A stretch of DNA of 64,000 nt from Octopus vulgaris (lineage: Eukaryota): contig OX597814.1 in assembly GCA_951406725.2 (NCBI GenBank), positions 49,724,001 through 49,788,000 on the forward strand, written 5' to 3'. The stretch's first letter is position 1. Each line of letters begins with the position of its first letter. A program made the position numbers and the translations under genes. The notes beneath the pieces were generated by a model, which made no database searches, was not told the origin of the DNA, and saw only the letters and a list, made by a program, of their open reading frames with translations. Positions 29,016 through 41,840 of this stretch are shown piece by piece.

Positions 29016-29622
29016 GCGCGCGCGCACACACACACACACACAAACACACACACTCGTATGTGTACATACATAGATACATGTATGCATACACATATGTAAG
29101 TTCTTTGGAAAACACGACTGTGTTTTAGGTATATATTTTTGAAGGTGGTGAGCTGGCAGAAACGTTAGCACGCCGGGCGAAATGTTTAGCCGTATTTCGT
29201 CTGCCGTCACGTTCTGAGTTCAAATTCTTATTTAATCGACCCCGAAAGGATGAAAGGCAAAGTCGACCTCGGCGGAACTTGAACTCAGGACGTAAAGACA
29301 GACGAAATACCACTAAATATTTTGTCCGGCGTGCTAACGATTCTGCCGCCTCGCCGCCTTTGCTATCTATTATTCACAGAAAAAATCCAGTAAGACCAAA
29401 ACATATTCACCATTTGCGCCAATAAAATCAGAGTTTTCCATAAGTATAGCAATTAATGTAATATCAAAACCTTCCTTATAGTAATAATTATTGTTGTAAA
29501 CTGCTGAGAGCCAAAACGTACGCTAGAAAATCTTTTTATCTGTTTACCTGCGTGCTTACGCTCACACACCCGCACGCATACACGCGAACACCCACTCATA
29601 TATATATATATTAGACATATTT

Positions 29623-29850
29623 AAGGCGGCGAGCTGGCAGAAACGTTAGCACGCCGGGCGAAATGCGTAGCCGTATTTCGTCTGCCGTTACGTTCTGAGT
29701 TCAAATTCCGCCGAGGTCGACTTTGCCTTTCATCCTTTCGAGGTCGATAAATTAAGTACCAGTTACGCATTGGGATCGATGTAATCGACTTAATCCGTTT
29801 GTCTGTCCTTGTTTGTCCCCTCTGTGTTTAGTCCCTTGTGGGTAGTAAAG
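29623..29850 (+). mobile_element. SINE family B (head AAGGCGGCGAGCTGGCAGAAACGTTAGC)
   Basis: A box TGGCAGAAACG, B box GAGTTCAAATTCC, core GTCGACTTTGCCTTTCATCCTTTCG. Further copies or fragments at 29142-29360, 38280-38485, 50940-51355 (-) and 60475-60570 (-). Confidence 0.8.
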
Positions 29851-30399
29851 ATATATATATATATATATTAGACACACACAGGTTCAACATAAACCTTAGT
29901 TCGTGCAACCGTAAGGCATACTAGCATGAAAATGAAAAAAAATTTATAATAATTTAGAAAATTTGAAGTTTCGACATTTCTATAAATGATAATAAATATG
30001 GAAAAGAGTTTAATAACCCAGAAAATATTATACGAAACAGAAATACGTATAATGCCTTTCTATATCAGGAAATAGTAACATTTCTACTAACTGTAACGTG
30101 ACCAATTTCATCGACAAAGTTTTAGAGAAACGAGCGAGGAGCGACAAGTTTTAGACTTAAAGGCACATGCAGCTGTTTAGTGGCCACCAGACCGAACGAC
30201 ACAAAAGCATGAAACGATTTCCAATACTGCATTTGCTTTCATCTTTCGTTCTATATCTAATTTTATCTCCATGATATATGAACTAATTCACCGCTTTCGT
30301 ATATGGATTGGATAACTTGATAGGATTTATCTCCCGAGATTGTTGTTTTATCTCGATAGAAATCTAGAATTTATTTATCTGAGTTATTTGCAGCGAATA

Positions 30400-30800
30400 T
30401 AGGACAAAGTTATCTATTCTTTTAGGTACTTTTCTGGAAATAGAATACAAGGTCTTTGGTAAGTGTCCGAAGCTTTTGCTTTGAATTGATTAGCATGCAA
30501 TGGTCTGAATACGTGTTGCGATTTGTATAGGAGAATGTTTGGATTATTGCAATCAAGGATGAAACTATCTAAAAAGTTTGAGGATATGCATAGGAGTGTG
30601 ATGGTGTTGTGTAATGTCAGGTCACTTGAATGGGGGCGGAGTGGCTTTAAAACTATGATGATTTTCCCATTTGGCATTTTTAGCAATCACAAGTACAAAT
30701 TGGTTCAATGTAGATATCACAGGAGCCACAATTTATCGATGCATCTTACAGCAGACAAGTCATTCATTATCTTGCAGTGGACTGTTTAATTCCTCCCACA
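30400..30800 (-). pseudogene. Possible ancient Tc1/mariner transposase relic
   Basis: LQDN.. and PLRPHSSDL resemble the QDNAxxH and PPxSPDL motifs, but both are very degenerate. Confidence 0.3.
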
Positions 30801-31969
30801 GAAAAAAATATTGGCTAAAATCCAGGAAACGATTATATACATGTGCCTAACTGCTGTATTTGTTTGCATAATTTGTCTTTGCCACAGCATGGTTACTTTG
30901 CTGTCCATACGTTTGTGATGACGTCTTATAATTGAGTGGACATTTAGTCGTCAAGACTGGAACACGTAGTCACGTTGCTGTTGGCTAATCACAATTCACG
31001 ATAACTTCGTGTGCAAAATTCGCTGACTGATATTCTTTGCAACACTTCATTAAGTGATTTTCAACCAATCACATGTTGCAGGGTCTTTTGGCACCAAGTC
31101 TAGAAATCGAATTTTTGAGCCTAGATTTGCCACTCTGAAAAGTCTAAATAGCGTAATTTATTATCCCAGCAAGTAGAGCCCACTTAACAGGCAAAATAAA
31201 TCTTATCACTTTGTCCTTTTTATGTCTCAGCGTTATTTCTTGATGCTTATCAAACAGACTATGAAATGTATGATATACTTTGTATTTACGAATAGTTTTT
31301 CTTAAGCATTTGAGCTCTACAAAAACAAAGTACATTTCAATAGCTTTAGCTATCATCCCGTCTTTTTTTACGACCATACGATGCAAGAGTCGCCTTGATA
31401 TTTGCCACAACTCAAGATGTATTTAATTTGTTGAATGCAGGAACTTTGTAAATTCCAAAGCATGTTTTGCATAAATGAAACGAAATCTATATAGCATGCC
31501 GCATGTTATTTGTGTAAAAACTATAACAATGCAATTCAATTCTCTTTAGTTTAATCTCTACAGATGACTGGAGACAATTCTGATAAATTGCAAGAAAATT
31601 ACAATTAAAAAGATAACATAAGTAGACACTTATATAGCGTTTGAAAACAAAATAATACATGATTGTGTTAGCTTGGATAGATATAATACAAAGAAAAAAA
31701 TGTGTGCATTTCTTTGCTTTCATGCCCCTATAAACATACACATACAGAAACATCGAAATGATAGTCTATAATCACAAATTCAAAGCGTCTGTGTCAAACT
31801 ACATAAAATAGATTTGTCTTCTTGCAATTTCCGAATATCCAGATTTATTTAACATTCAGACTTTCGATTGTAGTAAATATTTTAGAGTCAGTTTTTTTCT
31901 TTGGTGTATACTGGTCACATCTGACTATGATTTCAGGTCAGATTGTCGTTATTGTATTATATATATATA

Positions 31970-32054
<85 letters not shown>

Positions 32055-32800
32055 ACATACAAAATGGGACAAGAACGCAAAAATCCAGACAGTTAGGTCA
32101 TACAAAAAAATGGAAACAAAGCACATATATAAATATATATATATATATATATAGCAGAAAGAACACAACAAACGGCAATAAGCAAAACACAACGAGGGAC
32201 GATAGCACGATAAACAGGACAAAACAAGATACACGGATCGTTTGCAGACCTCTTCAGTCGGAGTCCGGCATGTCTTAGTAGTTTCACCCAATTTATCTCC
32301 GATACTGCTCGAAACCGGCTGTGTCAGAGGTATTAAGCCTATGGAAAAGGCAAACAAATGTGTACAAGAACGAAAACAGGAGCAGAAACAAAAACAAGGA
32401 AGCTAGAATTGTACACGTACGATAGAAAGCCTTTCGGCTATACAATAGAAGGTAAAAAATTTTCTTGGTACATATACAAAAACAAATAAGTAAATAACAG
32501 ACAGGATCTTTCGACTATCGGACGAACGTAACGTTATGAAATAGAATTATACATATACAATGGACAAACGCCTTTCGGCTGTACAGCAATAAGGAAATAA
32601 TTATACAATTACAACGAAAATAAAACAAAAAAGGTCTTTTGACTATCAGACGGTTGACTGCGACTTCAAAGTTTAGGCCAGTTAAGCCATCGTCGGACAA
32701 TAAACTTATACTCAACAAAAATATAGAGTAACCGCTCAGATGTAAAATTATGTATATTATAATTAAACATAAAAACAAACGCGCGCGCACACACACATTT

Positions 32801-32850
<50 letters not shown>

Positions 32851-33131
32851 GCATATATATATGAGAAATATTAAGTGACAATTGAAAATGCACATTATTA
32901 TTTTGCATAGATATATATTTCAATAAAGCAAGTTTTATTTTTTAACGTAGGGGTTAAATGTTTCCATTATATATATCTATCTCTCTCTCTCTATATATAT
33001 ATGAAAGCAAAGATACAAATATATGTTTTCATATAACAGTTTTACGTAAAATATTAGTGCATGGTTTCACAAGTGAAATTTACACAAACAAGAAGAGACA
33101 GAATCACGTCTTAGTGCAAAGGTTTAGTATA

Positions 33132-33189
<58 letters not shown>

Positions 33190-33410
33190 GAATAAAAGAA
33201 GTGTTACTGAAAAAATGTTAGTGCACATTGTAACCACAAAAGCGTTTTGTATCAGGAAAATCATATTTTACTCACTGGTTTCGCTGCTGATCAGCTTCTC
33301 CAAAGTTTGTTCTTCAATTCACTTCTAGTCTATGCATAGATACATACACACACACGCGTGCGCACACACATACATATTCACACATATATGTCTGTCTGTC
33401 TGTCTATCTG

Positions 33411-33593
<183 letters not shown>

Positions 33594-34364
33594 GTATGTA
33601 TGTGTATATATGTATGCATGTATCTATCACTATCAAAAGAATGTGTATGTATGTATGTGTGTGTGTGTGTGCGCGCGTATGTTCATTATGTATACCAAAA
33701 CCAAGTTGCCGTTTTTGACGTAAGGGGTATTAGAAGATTCAGTAAGCTTTTGGCTACCAACTAAACTATATTTTCATTCACTTATTTGCATTACAAAAAT
33801 TTAAGATTATCATTTTTCTTTCAGTCACCTATTGTAAACCACCACTACCACCACCACCACCACCACCACCACCACCACCACCACAACAACAACGACGATG
33901 ACGTCACATTCTCTATATGTGTTCGCGCGTTTGGTACGTACGTGAGGACGATGAGTGAGAAGTATGTATGTATATAAAATATTAGGGATTGAGTTAACCT
34001 GTGATCTAAACGAATAGGTATGCTGGGTAAATGCTATACTTGGTCGACCATTAGGTTCCAAGATTACAGCTAAGGCTCGATCTTGGGATCCATGTTAGGG
34101 TTCTGTTATAACATATATATACATATATTATATTAGAGGAAAAATCAAAACCAAAGCAGAAGGAGTATCTCAAGTCATTTAGAATAATTTAAGTAGGGTA
34201 AGGTGAATTTGAAGTCTCACAGCTGTTTCTGGGATAACCTAAATGGTTGGTTAGCATGTCCGTGCACTGAGTATTCTGTCATTAGAGAAATGGTATGAAT
34301 ATTTTAGACGGGGAAAATTTAGAGTTTACAAGGAATAAGATTCAGTTTATCAGGAATAAAATAG

Positions 34365-34975
34365 AAGAATAAAGAATAAAAGTAGTTAGAAGAATACAGG
34401 CAGGAGACTAATGTTCACAACTCATCTTTTTCCAGAGGATATGGATGTCAGTCGGTACTGCCATGAAGGTACAGGTTTTTAGTTAAAATCTCAGGTAAAT
34501 CCAAGCAATATTTTGGCAGTGTTTTGAATGATGTATTAATATAGTAATTATGTATATAGAGCGAGAAAGTATAATAGACATAAACGGGCTTTGTAAGTGG
34601 GTGGATGAGAAAGGGAGAGAGAAAGCGAGAGAGAGGAGAAAGAGAGAAAGAGATTGGAGAAAGGATTAGCACTTTCTCTCTTTATCCTCCCTCTCTCTCT
34701 CTCTTTCATACACCCACTTACAAAAACCCATTTATGTCATTATACGTTCTCGCTCTATATACATATTTTCATTATGAACACATCACAACACTGCCAAAAT
34801 ATTGCCTGGATTTACTTGGGATTTTTACCTAAAAATCTGTACCTTCATGGAAGTACCGACCAACATCCATATCCTCTGGAAAAAGATAAGTTGTGAACAT
34901 TATTCTCCTGCTCATATTCTTCTAACTACTTTTGTTATATATTCTTCTATTTCACTACTTTATTCTTCTATTTTA
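34365..34975. repeat. Inverted repeat with ~260-bp arms around a GA/CT-rich centre
   Basis: For example TTTTCCAGAGGATATGGATGT..GGTAC.CCATGAAGGTACAG is the reverse complement of CTGTACCTTCATGG.AGTACC..ACATCCATATCCTCTGGAAAA. Confidence 0.9.
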
Positions 34976-35893
34976 TAAGAATAAGCATTGGTACTGAAAT
35001 GTTTGACTGAAAAAAAGTATATTGGTGCCTAATAATAGTCATGAAGCAGCAATAAAAAAAGTAACATATAATACTTGAGAACACAAGAAAATATAGCGTG
35101 ATTAGATAATCAGCTAATCCAACTGTAAGACTGAACGATGGATTGTACGAAATGAATTATTTAGTGAAATACTTTCTCTCTTCGTACATGAATGCGTTAC
35201 ACATACTATTTCGCAATACCTTTCTGTTTCTGGAAGGGATTGTCCACAGCATAAAATATGTTGTGCCCTCAACACCAGCCAAACACTTTCACCATTGGCT
35301 CTTAACTTTGATAAAGTCAGCAATAACACAAAACCTAAAATCGCATCTGGATCAATGCTCGTTAAACACTGAAACTATGTGAATGACTTTCGCAAATCGC
35401 TTACGTAATTTGTCTCAAAAGCATGACAAGTGGTATATTTGGTCTTCTAAAATCCTGTTCAAATGAAAATTAATCTTTGTGAACGCAAAACGCTGTCAAC
35501 TGAGATAGTCTACGCTTTCGCAATTAGCCGATCATTATTTTTTTTCCTGCAAATCGTAAAGAGAGTGATGTCCAGCATTTATCACTTCTGTTGGTGTCTG
35601 TTATTATCCAGACATTGCTTCTATGGAACAGAAATGTTACAATGCAAGTTTTGAAATGTACCATTCTAATTCTTTCACTGGCCGAACAATAACAAATAAA
35701 GTAAAGGTTGTACGCTTTTACTCATGCTAATTGGCGTCTTTGTCTAAAAGCAATTCAGTCGTCTGCTATGACATATCCAAGATAACAAACGTATGACAAT
35801 AGGAAGTTGATCTCCTGAGATGGCATATATGACGAAACACACACACACACACGCACACACACACACAGACACACACATACACACACACACACA

Positions 35894-35946
<53 letters not shown>

Positions 35947-36289
35947 ACGCGTATTAGCTCTATGGGCTCCAGAAATTAGCTAAAGGGATCTCCCTATCTC
36001 TTTTTCGATCTCTCCTCTTCTCTTTCACTTTCCATTTATATATCTCTCTTTCCCTTCCTTTACTTTCTCTTTGTATCTTTCTGCCTTTCTAAATGTCCCC
36101 ATGTGTGTTTGAGAGTGTGTAATGAGAGTGTGTGCATGTGATGCGAACACGCGCATGACTATATGATGATGCTGATGGTGGCGATCCTGTTTGATTCTGA
36201 TTCATGATGATTCATGAAAACGAACGGATAGATAATTATTGTTCTTTCTTTCTACCCCCTCTTGCCTCACATATAATTCTTTGCGAGTG

Positions 36290-37160
36290 GCTCCTGTAAC
36301 GCAATGTGTCGATTCATATGCAATCCAACCCTTCTCTTTGATCATGGTAGGTTACAAAATAAACTCAAGTGTCAATAGTAACTGTAATCCCAAGAAAAGG
36401 TATTTATACAAAATATCAATGTCATAATGACCTGTTTGATCTCGGGAGAAATATAGGAGCTTCACAACAGTTTTCCAAAACGTTCTGTTCTGTGTGTTAC
36501 ATTTTACTTACATGTAGTTCCTATTATCTTCAGTTCCTCTTATGTCAATGTTCACCTTCGAACGCCCTGGTTTGCTTTCCTTCTCCGGCTTCAAATTCAA
36601 GTAAAACATCCCTCTGCTTTTCTTAAAATATAGGCTATCCATCTCCACTAGCATCTCGTTATTTGTTGGTCGAGGGGGTCATGTTTCGCTTTGGCAGAGA
36701 TGTTTCTGTTGTTCATCGTTTCTATACATCTAATGTTTAAGAGGTTTTCTGGGTTACCTATTTGTGAATGTTTGGACATTTCTGATGATATTTGCGTTTA
36801 TATATTATTACTAATGCAAAATCTGCTCCAACAGAGCAGATTGCTATGGAAATTTCTCAACTTAATGTGCCTGCATAGAGCTCTTGCTCTCTAAAATGTT
36901 GAAGGCTTGACTCGCTTTTCCAAGTCGTGGGATTCATTTGAGGGCTTCCTTGAAACGCGAAGGGTTTTTCTTCGTCCAATATATGATTTTCCTCTATGAT
37001 AGAGCTATGGTTATCTCTGTGGATGTTCATATCTTTCTTTCAGATGTTAACTTTTGTCTTGTACGTCTTTCTCCGCATATCCTGAATATTTTGTGATATT
37101 AGGCAAATAATTCCTGCAACGTCCAGATCCTTTAGCTTCTGTTCTTGTGCTTGCTATTTT
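36290..37160 (-). pseudogene. Probable degraded Penelope-like element
   Basis: GKSYIG..., and a C-terminal NPENLLN motif. Very degenerate. Confidence 0.35.
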
Positions 37161-37169
37161 AGCCTGTGA

Positions 37170-37560
37170 AATTTGACACCCTCCCCTAGTCAGCTGACAG
37201 GGAGTAGATCATTAACAATAATAGACATCTCTGCTTCTCTTTAGTTTTTCTAACGTAGGAACAAGATCAGGAATTCTTGGAGAGAACAGCGAGTCACAAG
37301 TACATTATGTATCGGCCTCGAAAGAATGAAAGATAGTTGACATTTCCAGCCACCTTTCATTCCAGGTTGGTTCAGAGATGCGTAGGTTACAAAATCAAAA
37401 GTGCCTGTGTCGGAAATCCTGGTCTCGCTGATGGCTGTCACATTGATTGCTAGTGACCTGGGGTGGGGTGGGGCTGGAGGTCATTGCGCAGGCGATCATA
37501 CTTCCAGAGTGATCCCAAGTCACGTGCATTTATGCAACTCTTAAAGTTGCCATGATGGTA
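37170..37560 (-). pseudogene. APE endonuclease N-terminal fragment of a Tx1/L1-like LINE
   Basis: ATLRVA.INARDL...NVTAISETR resembles the APE N-terminal motifs (NxRGL, xQET). Confidence 0.5.
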
Positions 37561-38279
37561 AGAAGGAAGAAACTCTAATGGTTTTGTTGTAGGCAAACGA
37601 TGTGTGAAGTTTCTTGGCGAAATCCTGAAGTAACGTGTTCAAGGCCATGATGCTAGGGTTCTCAAAATAATATAGAAAGCTTTCATTTCCCCATTTCTAT
37701 CTATTTGCAGCTTTACTAATTGCAGGTCCTTCAGTACTTTCACTGTGCTTTTATTGAAAGCACCCTCCCCTGTCTCTATGTCTAGATTTGGCTGATTTTT
37801 CTGTGTTCGTTGTTGCTTTGTTAGTTTTTGTTTTTGTTGTTTTTAGCGGAGGTGACTATAGTAATGGTGTGCTTTTAACTGTGGTTGATTTAGCGTTGTT
37901 TGGGGTTGATGTCGAGTTGGTGCTGTTTCGTGCTTTATTCCTTTTCTTTATGATGTTCAGATTTTAAACGTTTTTTTGGCCCCACACATTAGTAACAGAC
38001 ATGGTCGGAAGACTCTGACTCTGACGTAAGCAAGGATATATTTCTAGTGATTACTTTGTTACAGTCATCATTTTTCTTCATCTTAATTGTTACTACTGAA
38101 AAATGATATGTTCATATTGTTGGTGTTGCTGCTAGTGTTGTCTTTTCAGCTTCTGCTGCGATTGTATGAGTTGTTTTTGTTGCTGTAGTTGTGGCTGTTG
38201 TTGATGTTGAACAAGATTGTAGCTTCGTTTTTCCTTGCTGCTATAGTTGTTACTGCTTCTGTTGTACACTGTTATTGTG

Positions 38280-38485
38280 GCAGCAACTGGTAGATTCGTT
38301 AGCATCCCGGGTAGAGTTTAGCGGCATTTCATCCTACTTTACGTTCTGAATTCAAATTCAACCGAGGTCGGCTTTGCCATTCATCCTTTCGAGATCGATG
38401 AAATAAGTACCAGTTGCGTACGGAGGTCACTATAATTGACTAGCCCCTCCCACCAAATTTCAGGTCTTGTGCATTTAGTAGAAAT
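38280..38485 (+). mobile_element. SINE family B, diverged copy
   Basis: Colinear with 29623-29790. Confidence 0.7.
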
Positions 38486-38689
38486 ATTGTTGCAGCAACT
38501 GGATCGCTAGTAGTGGAGCCCTCCTTTCTTCTTTCTTCTTTTGGATGTTTGAACAGAACGTTCGGAAAAATGGCAAGAAAATTTGTGGAGGTAGTGTTAG
38601 TCATACTATCGATCCTAGTACTTGACTGGTATTTGCTTTATCGACTATCACCACTCCCCGACTCACACGACTGGGAATGCTTCCCGTCT

Positions 38690-39239
38690 GTTACCAGGAA
38701 CAGTAGACAAGCTGCTAAAATAAGTCCGACATGTGGGCATATAGTTCATAAAGCAGATCATCCAATCCTGGTGATTTACGCCCCATGCAGGGGCCCAGTA
38801 CATCTTCCACTTCCTCCACTGAAATCAGCTTCTCGCAGCACTCGATATCCTTGTCCGATAGGCGCGGCATACCTTCGAGGTAAGCGTCAAAGCCCTCTGT
38901 GTTAAGAATACCACTCCTGGAAAAGAGGTCGGCGAAATGTTGCCGAACCATTGAGCTAATCTGTTTGGAATCGGAGTGCACATGACCACTGCGGCCCGTC
39001 ACAGAGCGAATCTTAGATTTGTTTCCATGCTGTACCTCCGCTACACAGGCCCAACCAAAGGCTTTTGAGCTTTCGTGTTTCAAGGCACGCTCTCTAGCTC
39101 GGATAATACAATCTTCATATTTTACGTCGAAGAAATGGTCGAGTGCCATTCTCGCCGGTAGCGCGTCAGTTGCAATCCCACTTTTATGTGCCTCTTCTAA
39201 GTTACTAATTAGTTTATTTTCTGTTCTACCCTTATTTTG
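38690..39239 (-). pseudogene. Tx1/L1-like LINE ORF2 fragment (pre-RT region)
   Basis: ORF 38715-39251 includes IIRARER and GRKSPGLDDLLYELY (cf. KSPGxDGLPxEFY). Confidence 0.7.
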
Positions 39240-39900
39240 AGGGTGCGGCATGTTTCGCCTTTGTATAACCTACCACAGCTGCATGGGATGGAGTACGCAC
39301 AATAGAAGAGAATATGACCAAAAACTGCGTGTACTCCATCCCATGTAGCTGTGGTAGGTTATACAAAGGTGAAACATGCCGCCCCCTCAAAATAAGGATA
39401 GACGAACATCGCAAAGCTGTGACAAGAGGAGATATTGATAAATCGGGTATAGCTGATCATGCATGGAAAAATGGAGACCATATCGCCGTGTGGGATGAAG
39501 TTAAAATAATAGACAGAGAACACCACTGGAAAATACAAAAACTAAAAGAAGCAGCACATATGCTAGAACACAACAACCTCCTAAATGGACTGAGTGCAGA
39601 TATGAATAGCATATGGGAACCGGTATTAAGGAAGGATAGAAAAATATTAGATTTATAAACCCTAAAATTCACTCCATAATTACGCACGGGCATATGGCGT
39701 AGTGGTTAAGAGCGCGGGCTACTAACCTCAAGTGAATAATAATAATAATAATAATAAACATCGAAAAATACCTTAGGAATGTGAACCCAGGTTCGAAATT
39801 TCCCCAAGATGGGGAAGAAGGCTGGAGGGCATATTAGCCAAAACGTTGTGTTAACAACAAACAAGATGAGGACAAATATCCATCGAATGTAAATAATAAA
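39240..39900 (+). mobile_element. 5'-truncated Penelope-like element: GIY-YIG endonuclease end plus terminal region with tRNA-like head and damaged hammerhead
   Basis: ORF 39314-39658: CVYSIPCSCGRLYKGET.RPLKIRIDEH...KLKEAAHM (GIY-YIG). 60-bp fold-back at the 5' junction. Confidence 0.85.
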
Positions 39901-39904
39901 CTTA

Positions 39905-40390
39905 CACTATTGCCTACAAACTTTTGAGATTTAGGAGTTACGTCTGTATTTTCTACCCCACTTTTCGTTTTTGAGGGCCGCTTGGCTGATTTTGTCTCAT
40001 CTGGGGCTCCTTCTATATCCAAGAAGTTGGTAGGATTTTTTATGGCCTTATTGCCTTTCTGTTCCAGTGTTTGGCGTTGTGGTTGCCCCTGCTTTCCTCT
40101 TTGGGATTGCAATGGAATATTGGAACACTTCTCTCGACTTCTCCACAGTGGGGCAGAAAGCTTTTAAGTGGTCGGTTCTCCCACAGATGTAATACCTGGG
40201 TTTCCTACCCTCCACAACCACCCGCATCAGGGGTAGCATGAACTTCTTTCCAAAGCAACCAAAACCTGGAACTGTTTTGTTGGGGGCTTGATCGTAAGCT
40301 TATTACCTTCTCGTGCTCCTCTAGCATGACCTATGAGGAAGTACGTCCCATGTATAAAGGGAGCATCACGTACTAGTCAGAGAAGCAGGT
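39905..40390 (-). pseudogene. LINE ORF1 (gag-like) fragment with a degenerate CCHC knuckle
   Basis: VVVEGRKPRYYICGRTDHLKAFCP (ORF 40048-40239). Confidence 0.6.
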
Positions 40391-40444
40391 CATTGTTCTC
40401 ATTCCTAAGGTCTTCTTCTTCTTCTTCTTCTTCTTCTTCTTCTT

Positions 40445-40475
<31 letters not shown>

Positions 40476-40487
40476 TTATTATTATTC

Positions 40488-40563
<76 letters not shown>

Positions 40564-40565
40564 CA

Positions 40566-40608
<43 letters not shown>

Positions 40609-40640
40609 CATTCTTCTTCTTCTTCTTATTATTATTATTA

Positions 40641-40705
40641 TCACTGCCTGGAATTGAACTAGGATTCTTGGGGTTAGTAGCTTGCGCTCTTAACCACTAT
40701 GCCTT
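40641..40705 (-). promoter_or_regulatory. tRNA-like Pol III internal promoter (A and B boxes) inside the Penelope terminal region
   Basis: Minus strand: GGCATAGTGGTTAAGAGCGC...CCTAGTTCAATTCCAGG. The copy at 39695-39732 reads TGGCGTAGTGGTTAAGAGCGCGGGCTACTAACC but has lost the B box. Confidence 0.6.
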
Positions 40706-40793
40706 TGGGCAATTATGGAGTGAATTTTAGGGCTTATAAATCTAATATTTTCCTATCTTTAGGAATGAGAACCCAGGTTCGAAATTTCCCCAA

Positions 40794-40839
40794 GACACCT
40801 GATGAAGGCTGGAGAGTATATCAGCCGAAACGTTGTGTT
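40794..40839 (+). ncRNA. Minimal type I hammerhead ribozyme (Penelope-associated)
   Basis: Stem I GACAC/GUGUU. Core CUGAUGA plus an extra A. Stem II GGCUG/CAGCC. GAAA, palindromic ACGU in place of stem-loop III, GUU cleavage triplet (predicted cut after 40834). Confidence 0.75.
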
Positions 40840-41665
40840 AACAACTAACAAGATGAGGACAAATTTCCGTCAAATGTAAATAATGTACATAATTCCTCAT
40901 CTCTTAAATATAGAACTGTATTTTCTAAATTATCGTTCTCTTTTTGGTGGAAACCCTTTCCTCTTCTGGAGAGCCATGATGCCAGGTCGAACGATATATT
41001 TCTGACATTTTTTAACTGCCTCCGCTTTCCCTTGCAAAGAATGAATGGTCCACGTATTTATTATATTTGCGAAGGAAATTCTTTCCTTCGGATATGTATT
41101 CTCGTTATTGTCTTCGTAAATAGCATTACTGTTGTTACTGTTGTAGAAGTCAGCGCTTTTGTTGGTGCCTATACTGCTGCTGATGGTTATAATATCGTTG
41201 TTGTTGCTGTTGGAGTTGTCACGGGTCATGCTGGCGTTATGGTGGTCTTGTTTTGGCTGTTGGCGATTTTGTTGTGGATGATGGTAATGGTGGAATTGGT
41301 ATTGGTGGTGGTGTTATTGTCTGTAGGTTCTTTGCAAAAGTCAAAGGGAGTGGCGACCGATACGCTTGGTTGACTACTATGCTTCGAGTCGATTAAAACC
41401 GAGGAAACAGTTACATTTTCTCTTACATCCACTCCTCTGTTTAGACAAGTGCTGGCCATGTTGTGAAAAGGGTTAAATTGAAAAATATACCCGAGAAAGT
41501 TTTCGGAAGGGGTTTTCCACCCGTTTCTTGATTGAAATGGGATGAAACTCTTTCTAAAGATACTTGGATACATCCGTCAAGCCATAATTACAATTTCAGC
41601 GGCCGAAAACAGCAAAAGAGGAAAGTCACTAGCGATGATTCGAACATGGATTCCGGGTGTGAAGC

Positions 41666-41699
<34 letters not shown>

Positions 41700-41702
41700 G
41701 TA

Positions 41703-41827
<125 letters not shown>

Positions 41828-41840
41828 TAATAATAATAAT

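Larger units (their letters stand above)
40395..40920. mobile_element. Second copy of the same Penelope terminal region with an internal inversion (40395-40757 minus, 40758-40920 plus)
   Basis: Minus arm: ORF end, tRNA-like segment, TAA/TGA/AGA tract, CCTTAGGAATGAGAAC. Plus arm resumes TTAGGAATGAGAACCCAGG... Both arms are colinear with 39635-39900. Confidence 0.8.

Noticed and set aside
32230-32300. CTGAAGAGGTC on the minus strand with an upstream GAAAC as a permuted hammerhead
   Set aside because: The stem II strands are not complementary.
39690-39735. tRNA gene
   Set aside because: Only the 5' half is tRNA-like and no cloverleaf forms. It lies inside a retroelement; the SINE heads are likewise tRNA-derived rather than genes.
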